Source: Laetmonice hystrix
Taxonomy: Eukaryota
Length of the DNA stretch: 64,000 bases
Direction: 5' to 3'
Assembly: GCA_965235115.1 (NCBI GenBank)
Contig: OZ249446.1
Coordinates: 2,356,001-2,420,000 of the forward strand
The notes beneath the pieces are model-generated. The model was not told where the DNA came from. It did not search any database and saw only the letters and a program-made list of their open reading frames with translations. Of the stretch, positions 37,501 through 49,700 are shown piece by piece (position 1 is the first letter of the stretch; every line of letters begins with the position of its first letter). The translations under genes were made by a program, and so were the position numbers.

Positions 37501-38435
37501 ACATGACAGAGATGAAGAACTTGTCATATTTATCTGCTGATCAATATAGATGATATTATGGCTCAAGCCCCTGACGTAAATTGTCATTACATTTTGTGAC
37601 AGATATGACCTAAATACGTTTATGATATACTTGATGTAAATTATAGTGAAATTTCTGATGATTATCTCGATTATGACGTATTATATTATTTAATATCTGA
37701 TGATAATATAAAAGATAATGTCAAACATTCAGTTATTTTCAAAATGGAAGGTAGATAATCTAGGCCTACATGCCATCACATTGAGAGCTGCTCAAAATAC
37801 AATGTATTCAAGTGATTTAAGATGTCATGATTCCGTGACATAACGTCCCATAACCTACTTCTTCATGTGGAAGTTTATAGCTATAGTGACCACCATCTGT
37901 CCAGATTTTGTCCAGATCTCTCATGACCGACGAACAGCCTATACTTCATGTCATTTGGTGTTGGGCCCCTTTTTCTACCAAAGCTCAAAGGTGAAGGTTT
38001 AAACAAAATATTTACGGATGCAATCGTAAATATGTACAATCGTGTCGACCAACCTTTCACACCTTACGATAACCACAACACAAGAAAATCGGTTCCGTCT
38101 TAATTGTCGAGTCTCACATATACTGTTGGAATGACGCCTAAATTCTATTCACAATCCTAAACACATTTCTTGTGCCCACCTTTTGAACACATCATTGGTC
38201 TCAACATGTCAAGAACACTAATCTTGAACCGTCTGTGGAAGTAAAGCATGATCAGAATTATATTTTTTTATTAACTTTGATCAGCCAGAGGATGTATTCC
38301 CATCAGACGACTCCAATCAGATCATGATGCGGGACAACCCAGCCAACCCCAACAACTTCCAGCCAATCAGCGTCCTCGTCTCATCGCTTTCACGGAGTTC
38401 ACGCCCGTTATCACCCATACAAAAGTGTCCGTGCC

Positions 38436-40687
38436 ATGCCGTGGCTCTCAATGTCACAGAGCTCTCTCTCCATCATGTATGTCATTGTTATACAACTACT
38501 CCTCACCGCTACTGCCGCTATTCCCATCCAATCTTCGGATAATATCACCAATGAGTTAATGACACACACAAGGATATTGACAAGAATAGAAAAATCACTG
38601 GATACACTCATCAAACTTATAGGCCGAACTAACCTGACTTCGTCTAAAAGAACAGGTAAGTTGAAACGTAACTAGAATCTACAGCCTTACAGTAATTGAT
38701 GGAAAGATGACGAGTACCGAGGTATACCCTGCAAATATATTATAGGATTAATATATCTTACGGCGCTGTAAACTTTATCTCTTTACTATTTGTATACTCT
38801 ATTTTTCGCGTGTTTTAATTTCGCGATTCTCGCGTTGTTACGCCATACCTGCCCAAAATGAAAAAAAAAAACGCGAAATTTTCATCACGCGAAATTAAAC
38901 TAAGTATATTACTATAAATGGGACGTATTTAATTCCGAGACATAACAAAAACCAATTTGCTTCTTGGCTGAAGATTATATCTGTGTGTTCCTGTTGTACT
39001 TGCAGACAGACCGTGGGAGACGGTCATGTATATTCGTAACGTAACGGCACGAGAAGGAGAAGAACGTTGCGGGATAGCCGGTTCTTATTTACTCACTACA
39101 AGACGGGAAATAAATGCACTATTTCGTCACAAGCAATTCAAACCCAACGGCAAGTTTGTCTTGAGACATTATTTAAATAATTTTCAATAGAATTCCATCT
39201 GTGCACGACTATATCGGGTCATGTTTTTCAACTCCGTCGTGTAAACAGGATCATGGATTTAGAATTTGATGATAGAGGATGGATGCATCTAGAATTGGAG
39301 AACATTTCTCACATTACAAATGGCGATAAAGGCGGGTCTACGCTCCAATTAATAATGTAAGGATTATATAGAGGGACACTCGGCTGTCGTACACCCTGGA
39401 TCCGTCAGTGACTAGAGTATTTCATTGAAAAAATGGCTTGCACCCATACGCGCGCAGCGCACAGCTCACCACTGAATCCGCCCTTGGTGACTGCCGTCAG
39501 TGGGCAACTCTGGTCCGCACCCCTCGGCCCCGCACCCCCCCCCCCCCAGCCACCCACGAACTGAACACTGACCCTGTGTGTATTATTGCTATGTTTGTAC
39601 TGAACACTGACCCTGTGTGTACTATTGCCGTGTTTGTACTAAACACTGACCCTGTGTGTACTATTGCTGTATTTGTACTAAACACTGACCCTGTGTGTAC
39701 TATTGCCGTGTTTGTACTGAACACTGACCCTGTGTGTACTATTGCCGTGTTTGTACTGAACACTGACCCTGTGTGTACTATTGCCGTGTTTGTACTGAAC
39801 ACTGACCCTGTGTGTACTATTGCTGCGTGTTTGTACTGAACACTGACCCTGTGTGTACTATTGCCGTGTTTGTACTGAACACTGACCCTGTGTGTACTAT
39901 TGCTGCGTGTTTGTACTGAACACTGACCCTGTGTGTACTATTGCTGCGTGTTTGTACTGAACACTGACCCTGTGTGTACTATTGCTGCGTGTTTGTACTG
40001 AACACTGACCCTGTGTGTACTATTGCCGTGTTTGTACTGAACACTGACCCTGTGTGTACTATTGCTGCGTGTTTGTACTGAACACTGACCCTGTGTGTAC
40101 TATTGCTGTATTTGTACTGAACACTGACCCTGTGTGTACTATTGCCGTGTTTGTACTGAACACTGACCCTGTGTGTACTATTGCTGCGTGTTTGTACTGA
40201 ACACTGACCCTGTGTGTACTATTGCCGTGTTTGTACTGAACACTGACCCTGTGTGTACTATTGCTGCGTGTTTGTACTGAACACTGACCCTGTGTGTACT
40301 ATTGCCGTGTTTGTACTGAACACTGACCCTGTGTGTACTATTGCTGCGTGTTTGTACTGAACACTGACCCTGTGTGTACTATTGCTGCGTGTTTGTACTG
40401 AACACTGACCCTGTGTGTACTATTGCTGCTTGTTCGTACTGAACACTGACCCTGTGTGTACTATTGCTGTGTTTCTAGGAGGAATCTGGACACACATGAC
40501 GGAAAGTAAAGGCATAATGTGTAATACGGCCCCAAGACGTCCCAAAGCCAAAGGCACATGCTACGCGGCCCGGGCGCAAGGACACGGAGGTCGGCGTACC
40601 AGGTTACGATTCTGTCTCCTCGCACGAAGCTGTTCCCGCAAAATGAACGTGGTCTGTGTGAAACGTTGGAGCCGTGACGACACGTAA
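38436..40687 (+). CDS. Putative small secreted protein (about 190 aa): signal peptide, helical neck and divergent C-type-lectin-like domain
   Basis: Exons 38436-38655 (|gtaagt), 39006-39149 (ttgcag|..|gcaagt GC donor) and 40479-40687 (tttctag|), all phase 1. Hydrophobic MYVIVIQLLLTATAA-IP; domain A..ERCGIAGSYLLTTRREINAL..GIW..C..GTCYAA..C..SCSRKMNVVCVKR. If the GC donor is not used, exon 2 reads on to a stop at 39190 (134 aa). Confidence 0.6.
39560..40472. repeat. 39/41-bp minisatellite ending at the acceptor at 40478, about 22 copies
   Basis: Unit ACTGAACACTGACCCTGTGTGTACTATTGCCGTGTTTGT. Confidence 0.96.
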
Positions 40688-41847
40688 TCTCGACGTCACG
40701 TGTGTAGTTAAGTTATAAGTAGATTAGAGAGAGGAGGTTGATGGCGCTCAGTAGTTAAGTTATAAGTAGATATAGAGGTCTATATTACAGATAGGAGGAT
40801 AACCGTTGATGAGGCGCTCAGTGCTGAGGAAGGTCGTTATTTGGTGTTTACCTCTTGGCGGAATGCACGAGAGTGATGATGTTGAGATAGGCCTATATGC
40901 GAAGAAAGGGGGGCCGGGGGTAGAGCTAGTGTTAAAGGGTTGTGGAGTAGATTGGCTATGAGTACTTACAATATCTTTTTCAAATTGCGGAGAATGTGGG
41001 CATATTTGGAGTGATATTGAACTTGGTTGTGCAACTGAATTACTAAGTTATTCTTGCAAATAAGGACAGGGAAAGGCAGGTATCCTATATTCCATTGTAG
41101 TCTGCAACGCCCATGGATTAAAATATGTTTAATTGGATTATCCGCTCAGGTATACTGACATACAATTATATTTATAGAAAAATAATTAATTCGGAGAGAA
41201 AGGTCACATGATCTCGCAGATTACCTTGAACATCAGCCAACCAAGGCTTAGATACCATTATACTGGCCAGCAATAGGCCGACATCAATAAGCTAGATTAG
41301 AGTTGGTCAATAGATTATGTAGACCGAGATGTCAAATGTAGCCATATTGTATTTTTGTAACTTATATGATTCGTAATTATTCCCTAGTGTCTTATCTGAG
41401 GAGTTAGTTAGCTTTGTCTTTGTGAATACGTAAATATGTAAAAGCCGTGCGATTAATAAATAGGCCCAGATATAATTTCAGATGATATATAAAGTTCGCG
41501 GTTGTTTTGAACTGATGTATCACTAAGTCAAAGACAACAAACGCAAGCTGACAAATCCGAACTCCTACTAAAGAAATATTTTAAAATGTCCGACAGGAAT
41601 TACTCTACTCTGAATGAATACTTCCAAGGCCAGTACAGAGGAAAGGTCAGACTGGCTCCATTACTTAGATACAATATCCGTGAACTTACAATACACTACC
41701 CATGAACTTACAGACCTTAGCTGACCTCATTGATTAAGGCACTGGGTCAAACAGCAAAAACTGCCGGGAGCGGCCAGTGTAACTTGATGGTGGTGATGTA
41801 GGCTCTAATATACACCAGACACCAGGAATGTAAGAGTATGTAGGAAC

Positions 41848-42445
41848 ATATCAGGAATAACACAGTTACAGTAACACTCGGACTGAGAGTAGTATAACAC
41901 AGTTACAGTAACACTGGGACTGAGAGTAGGGGGACCTACGCTCCCCATATAGACCCAGACAATTTAACTGTGTCGTTAATACGTAGATCTATCAGTTTTA
42001 TATCAGGAATAACACAGTTACAGTAACACTGGGACTGAGAGTAGGGGGACCTACGCTCCCCATATAGGCCCAGACAATTTACTGTGTCGTTAATACGTAG
42101 ATCTATCAGTTTTATATCAGGAATAACACAGTTACAGTAACACTGGGACTGAGAGTAGGGGGACCTACCTCCCCATATAGGCCCAGACAATTTACTGTGT
42201 CGTTAATACGTAGATCTATCAGTTTTATATCAGGAATAACACAGTTACAGTAACACTCGGACTGAGAGTAGGGGGACCTACGCTCCCCATATAGGCCCAG
42301 ACAATTTACTGTGTCGTTAATACGTAGATCTATCAGTTTTATATCAGGAATAACACACTGGGACTGAGAGTAGGGGGACCTACGCTCCCCATATAGGCCC
42401 AGACAATTTAACTGTGTCGTTAATACGTAGATCTATCAGTTTTTC
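41848..42445. repeat. Tandem repeat of about 114 bp, about 5 copies
   Basis: TATCAGGAATAACACAGTTACAGTAACACT.. recurs at 42001, 42115 and 42228. Confidence 0.92.
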
Positions 42446-43702
42446 TTCGAATTGTTTATTCTTTTTACTAATCAATATTCAAATATCAGTTTTGTACAAA
42501 CGCCATAGCTGTTGTCCACGGTTACATAGACCACTAGGCCTATAGAGTCGATAGCTACCGAAACGTCGCGATATCATTCCAGTGTTGCTATAAAACTATA
42601 GTTTACGTATTATAAGGAGTGGTTTACATCCAACAGTACTCATATGGATGTCATAGCAGTGCAGATTTATCATTTAACATTTACTGAAATACTTTTGTAC
42701 CCAGACCACTATTCATGATAGCTGACATGTTGCCCTTGATGTCCTACTTTCTACTACAACTGCCCGGTAGTTATCTAAAGTTGGGACCGATGGTGTATAC
42801 CTGACGTGTCGATGTAAGCCTGTGGTATTAAACTGGTGATCATAAACTTAAAATGTTCTGCCGACAGATTAAAGATGTGAATGTAATTTCTCTCCGACTT
42901 ATGTTAATCATTGGCCCCGTGCATGACTATTCTTCCGATTCTTTCCCACTCTCACTGCGACAACTCACAAATAGACACATTTAGGGGCCTATATTAGCCG
43001 CCTGTAACCGAGTCCATAATTAATATGGTCCTGTTGTAACACACATGTAACACACATTCTTTAAAAAAGGTAGTTTTCTTGGCGTCCATGCTTTCCATAT
43101 AAAAATATATAACCTGCATAGGCCTATGATATAAAACCTACACTATACTGACTACGGTCATATTTCACATCAATATGGCATGCCATGTGGACGATATATA
43201 CACTATACTGACTACGTTCATATTTCACATCAATATAGCATGCCATGTGGAATAAACATTAATGAGGTAAGCCATAATGGTAAATATGTACAAATTAGTT
43301 GAATATGGACAGGCTGGTATAGTCTTCTACAATAATGATAGCTTACGCAAGCCTTTAGAACATCAAACCGCGTTGAAGCGTTTTTCTAAATAATATGCAG
43401 TACAATAATAATCTATTTTATAGTATAATCTATATTACCTAGAAAATAGTAATCCACTCTCATCTAGCAGGGTTCAGATATAAAAACATAATCTATACTA
43501 CCGCCCACCAAGATACTTTTTGTTATATGACTGTGGGACCCCACTATTATGATTATAATTCACGTTATGGTGATCCATTTTGGTGGAATCCTACATGTCT
43601 GCTCTTCATTGAGCAGAATAAGACAGATCATCACTATAGGCCTATGATAACGACTATAGGCCTATAATACCGACTATATAGGCCTATTCTGAGAAAATAT
43701 CC

Positions 43703-46700
43703 TCAAAGTTGATGAGGTGCCACCGGAAGTGGAGGTGTGGCACTAACAGCCGAGATGGTACCCTGATGATGGTCGGTTTGTCGTGGGACGCCTACCTAGA
43801 CAGGGGGTCACGCGCTGCAAGACGATACAAACGACAACATTGTTACTGTTTCTATGAAGCCGTAAAATGGTGCTGGACCAAACAATTGGTTTGGACTGTC
43901 CGCACCAGATGGCACCACAGGCGATACCTTTACGCGAGAACCCCTGGCGCGAAACTTTATGTCCTGCATAGATATTATCATGATATTATCATGCCGGCTG
44001 GTACCGGATATACTGGGAGTGTGAAGACCCTCACTGGTAAGTTACAGATTGATAATTCCTCTTTAGCCTTGGGAAGAGTGGATGTTTAGGCCTACCTTTG
44101 GGAATGACTGCGAGTAGCATCCGTTGACGGCTTTCCCGCTGACCTCGAGACAATCCGAAACTCCCACATTACGCACGACACCTGTTAACCAAGAACCATG
44201 ACATCTCAAAACTTAGCAACAGTTCTTTAAAACAAATCGAAGATCTTTAATTGTATCGCTTAAGCTGAACGCTTCTGATGTCTGTTCTAATCTTATATCC
44301 CTAACTTATGACAAAACAGACAGACCATAGATGTGTAGGACTACACATCTATGGACAGACCATCCGTAGCCTATAGGCCTACATGGTGACGTAGACGTTA
44401 TAGGCCTACCCATTCAAAGACCTTTAGAATCTCGAAGTTGGAGAGACAATATATAGATGTAATCATATCTCAAAGTTCGGGACGAACTAATCGGACTTAT
44501 TAAACGATTCAGCCAATTAGTCAACAACCACACCTGTAACGGTTGACAAACGACTCACCCGGGTTAAATTCGACGGTGACCTTTTTACCATTTCCGTAAC
44601 GGCTCGACAGAAACATGTCGTCAGAGGAACATCCAGTGCGAATCTGTGACGAGATTAAAGATAAGAAAATATAATTCTGGCAGTCATTATACACTGGAAA
44701 TTAACAAGATAAGAAAATATAATTCTGGCAGTCATTATACACTGGAAATTAACAAGATAAGAAAATATAATTCTTGCAGTATTATACACTGGAAAATAAC
44801 AAGATCAGAAAATATAATTCTGGCTGTCATTATACACTGGAAATTAACAAGATAAGAAAATATAATTCTGGCAGTCATTATACACTGGAAATTAACAAGA
44901 TAAGAAAATATAATTCTGGCAGTCATTACACACTGGAAAATAACAAGATAAGAAAATATAATTCTGGCTGTCATTACACACTGGAAAATAATAAGATAAG
45001 AAAATATAATTCTGGCAGTATTATACACTGGAAATTAACAAGATAAGAAAATATAATTCTGACAGTCATTATACACCTGGTCACTCTTTGATCGTCCATT
45101 CTCTCCCCCAGTATTTTCCGGTTTACGGTTCACAATTAGTTCGGGCAGAGGCCGACAGATGGCGTATGCTCCTGGCTCCGCCCCGTCCAGCAGTCCGGGT
45201 GGGGGTGGGGGAGATTTGGTTTTGGTAATGGTTTTACCTAGACCTAACCTTATTTTTTATCCTTGTTCACCCATATTTTATCGTAGGCCCTACAGAAGAA
45301 ATATTTCCGGGGGGGGGGGGGGCTAACACCCTACCCCCACCCCCCGCCAGAGTGCACCCAGTACTTACCTTGCCGGAGCCGTAGCATGACGCCCCGGGGA
45401 GGTCAGACGAGAAGACCGGGTAGCGTTCGGCGGGGGTTGCGGGGGTCCTGGCCCGGGGTTTGCCGTACAGACAGGCCGGGTGGGCGGAGGTGGGTCGCCG
45501 GCGGGGAGTGAGGGGAGGTGCCGGGGAGTAGTCAGCGTAACCCTTCAGGTGACAACTCGCCTTGGTGGTAGAGGTGGTGTCGGGGATCGTCCGGTCACAG
45601 TAAGAGAGCGAGTTCACGTGATTGGTTGATATCCTGTCAACAGAGAGAAAACGTCAGATATCGAGCTGTCAATAAAAACGTCAGATATCGAGCTGTCAAT
45701 ATAGAGAGAAAACGTCAGATATCGAGCTGTCAATATAGAGAAAAAACGTCAGATACCGAGCTGTCAATATAGAGAAAAAACGTCAGATACCGAGCTGTCA
45801 ATATAGATAGAAAACGTCAGATATCGAGCTGTCAATATAGAGAGAAAACGTCGGATATCGAGCTGTCAGTATAGAGAAAACGTCAGATACCGAGCTATCA
45901 ATATAGAGAGAAAACGTCAGATACCGAGCTGTCAATATAGAGAGAAAACGTCAGATACCGAGCTGTCAATATATAGAGAAAACGCCAGATACCGAGCTGT
46001 CAATATAGAGAGAAAACGTCAGATATCGAGCTGTCAATATAGAGAAAACGTCATATACCGAGCTGTCAATATAGGGAAAAAACGTCAGATATCGAGCTGT
46101 CAATATAGAGAGAAAACGTCAGATATCGAGCTGTCAATAGAGAGAGAAAACGTCAGATACCGAGCTGTCAATATAGAGAGAAAACGTCAGATATCGAGCT
46201 GTCAATATAGAGAGAAAACGTCAGATACCGAGCTGTCAATATAGAGAGAAAACGCCAGATACCGAGCTGTCAATACAGAGAAAACGTCAGATATCGAGCA
46301 AGTTGACAGTTGACAGAATTCTGATTGTTTTTCTTCCCCAACCCGAATGCAGCCTGGGACCGAGTTACGAGTAAATCACTGCATAAGATGCAATTGGAAA
46401 ATTGAGTATATTCTGACAAAATGATGATATTTCAGGATTTCATTTTTTCTGAGTCGCCCTGTACAGTATACAAAATGCAATGGCTGCAGACAGTAACACT
46501 GGTATCCGTATGACATCCCATTCTCTGTCTGTTCTCGTCACCCAGATAATTCCGGACTACAGTTGGGGAAGGTCATCATAATGTTTTAATGAAGAAAACA
46601 ACCATGTTAGCCCATAGCTCACCTTTTCTCCCCCTCGTCCATGATCGCCTTGAAAGTGTCGATCTCTGCCTTCAGAGACACCTGAGCGTCCCGGGCGTTC

Positions 46701-49700
46701 GTGCACTCCTTCACCTTGTTCTGGCAATGGTAAGGTTACAATGTATGTATCACTCCTTTACCTTGTTCTGGCAATGGTAAGGTTACAATGGATGTATCAC
46801 TCCTTCACCTTGTTCTGGCAATGGTAAAGTTACAATGTATGTATCACTCCTTCACCTTGTTCTGGCAATGGTAAAGTTACAATGTATGTATCACTCCTTC
46901 ACCTTGTTCTGGCAATGGTAAAGTTACAATGTATGTATCACTCCTTCACCTTGTTCTGGCAATGGTAAAGTTACAATGTATGTATCACTCCTTCACCTTG
47001 TTCTGGCAATGGCAAAGTTACAATGTATGTATCACTCCTTCACCTTGTTCTGGCAATGGTAAAGTTACAATGGATGTATCACTCCTTCACCTTGTTCTGG
47101 CAATGGTAAAGTTACAATGGATGTATCACTCCTTCACCTTGTTCTGGCAATGGTAAAGTTACAATGGATGTATCACTCCTTCACCTTGTTCTGGCAATGG
47201 TAAAGTTACAATGTATGTATCACTCCTTCACCTTGTTCTGGCAATGGTAAAGTTACAATGGATGTATCACTCCTTCACCTTGTTCTGGCAATGGTAAGGT
47301 ATGTATCACTCCTTCACCTTGTTCTGGCAATGGTAAAGTTACGATGGATGTATCACTCCTTCACCTTGTTCTGGCAATGGTAAGGTTACAATGTATGTAT
47401 CACTCCTTCACCTTGTTCTGGCAATGGTAAAGTTACAATGTATGTATCACTCCTTCACCTTGTTCTGGCAATGGTAAAGTTACAATGTATGTATCACTCC
47501 TTCACCTTGTTCTGGCAATGGTAAGGTTACAATGTATGTATCACTCCTTCACCTTGTTCTGGCAATGGTAAGGTTATAATGGATGTATCACCGGATCAAA
47601 TCATGTTGCTGACTCCTACAACTCCTCAGCCAGTTGAACGACTTGCTGAGAGGTGTCGTTGGGAGTTTGCATATAAAGACGTGGAAAATCCCCGGGGAAA
47701 CCATGAACCCTGCAGCATTATTTAACGTTGGCGAGACGGTGTTGTAGTAATATGGTGGGAGTGACTTACAATCATGATGTCATTCATCTGGGCCAGTTTG
47801 TCCTCCAGTTGTTGGATCGTCATGGAGGAACGATACCTCTCTGTCCGTAGGGTGTCCTCCACAGCCTTCTTCTGCTCGATCAACGACGTCATCTACACAG
47901 GAGACCAGTGAGTGAATGAGTGAGTGAGTGATGGAATGGTTCCCCGTCAGTCCCTGCCCCAGAGTGAAAATATAGGTTAAGATATAAGGGTGTAGTTTGA
48001 GTTAGATGATGTGAAGATTATCCGACCACGCACCTTGCCGTCAGTGTCGGCCAGGCGGGCCCTGAGTTCAGCAATCACCTCCTCCATTCGACTCCGTTCA
48101 AGATGGAGACCACTCCGTACGAATTTCTCCGACTCGATCTGCTCCTTCAGAGCCGTCAAGTTCTTCCCCAGCGCTTCTTCCGTCTCCGACTGTTACATGG
48201 GTAGCAGGAAAACACGGTTATTATCATATCTCTAGTGACATCTCCATGAGTCTAGGGGAAGCTGGGTCTTATGGAAGAACTATTTGAGATATCATCTTGA
48301 AAATGTCAACAGATGTTACAAATATTAGGGGGATTTCTCCTGTAACTCCTCAGAAGCTTGTGACATAGCGGTTTTGGAAATATTTACGGTCAAATTTCGA
48401 CCATTTTTTATGTCCCCCCTCTATAATAGATAATTAATATCCCATTTTTATGTCACACGTATGTAACCTCTTTGCACGAGGGTAAAGGCGGGCGAGCGCC
48501 AACAACCCTCAAAAATACTGACCCTTTCATCGACAGGAAATATATCAAGTGTGTTACCCCTGACAATGGTTGGGCTTACCTGGTACTTGCGTAACTCCAC
48601 CATAGTACCCTCGCGAAGTTTCCGTAGAATGTCAGTCATATCAATGTTGGGCACAGATGTGACATCCTTTAATTTGGTTTCCAGACAACGGATAATATCA
48701 GACGCGGTTTTCAGTCTTTGCTGTAGTTCATTGTTTTCCTGACACACAAACGTAAGAGGAAATATCGTTAATAAATGTAGGCAACAATGTTGGATCAAGA
48801 TTCTCAGACTATGGATGCTACCATCACTCCAGACCTAGCATGGTTATAGGCAGGGAGTTGGGAGCATGACCATCACTCCAGACCTAGCATGGTTACAGGC
48901 AGGGAGTTGGGAGCATGACCATCACTCCAGACCTAGCACGGTTACAGGCAGGGAGTTGGGAGCATGACCATCACTCCAGACCTAGCATGGTTACAGGCAG
49001 GGAGTTGGGAGCATGACCATCACTCCAGACCTAGCATGGTTACAGGCAGGGAATTGGGAGCATGACCATCACTCCAGACCTAGCATGGTTACAGGCAGGG
49101 AGTTGGGAGCATGACCATCACTCCAGACCTAGCATGGTTACAGGCAGGGAGTTGGGAGCATGACCATCACTCCAGACCTAGCATGGTTACAGGCAGGGAG
49201 TTGGGAGCATGACCATCACTCCAGACCTAGCATGTTTACAAGCAGGGAGTTGGGAGCATGACCGACTTTCAGACCATGGATGCTACCATCACTCCAGATC
49301 TAACATGGTTACAAGCAGGGAGTTGGGAGCATGACCATCACTCCAGACCTAGCATGTTTACAAGCAGGGAGTTGGGAGCATGACCGACTTTCAGACCATG
49401 GATGCTACCATCACTCCAGATCTAACATGGTTACAGGCAGGGAGTTGGGAGCATGACCATCACTCCAGACCTAGCATGGCTACAGGCAGGGAGTTGGGAG
49501 CATGACCATCACTCCAGACCTAGCATGGTTACAGGCAGGGAGTTGGGAGCATGACCATCACTCCAGACCTAGCATGTTTACAAGCAGGGAGTTGGGAGCA
49601 TGACCGACTTTCAGACCATGGATGCTACCATCACTCCAGATCTAACATGGTTACAAGCAGGGAGTTGGGAGCATGACCATCACTCCAGACCTAGCATGGT

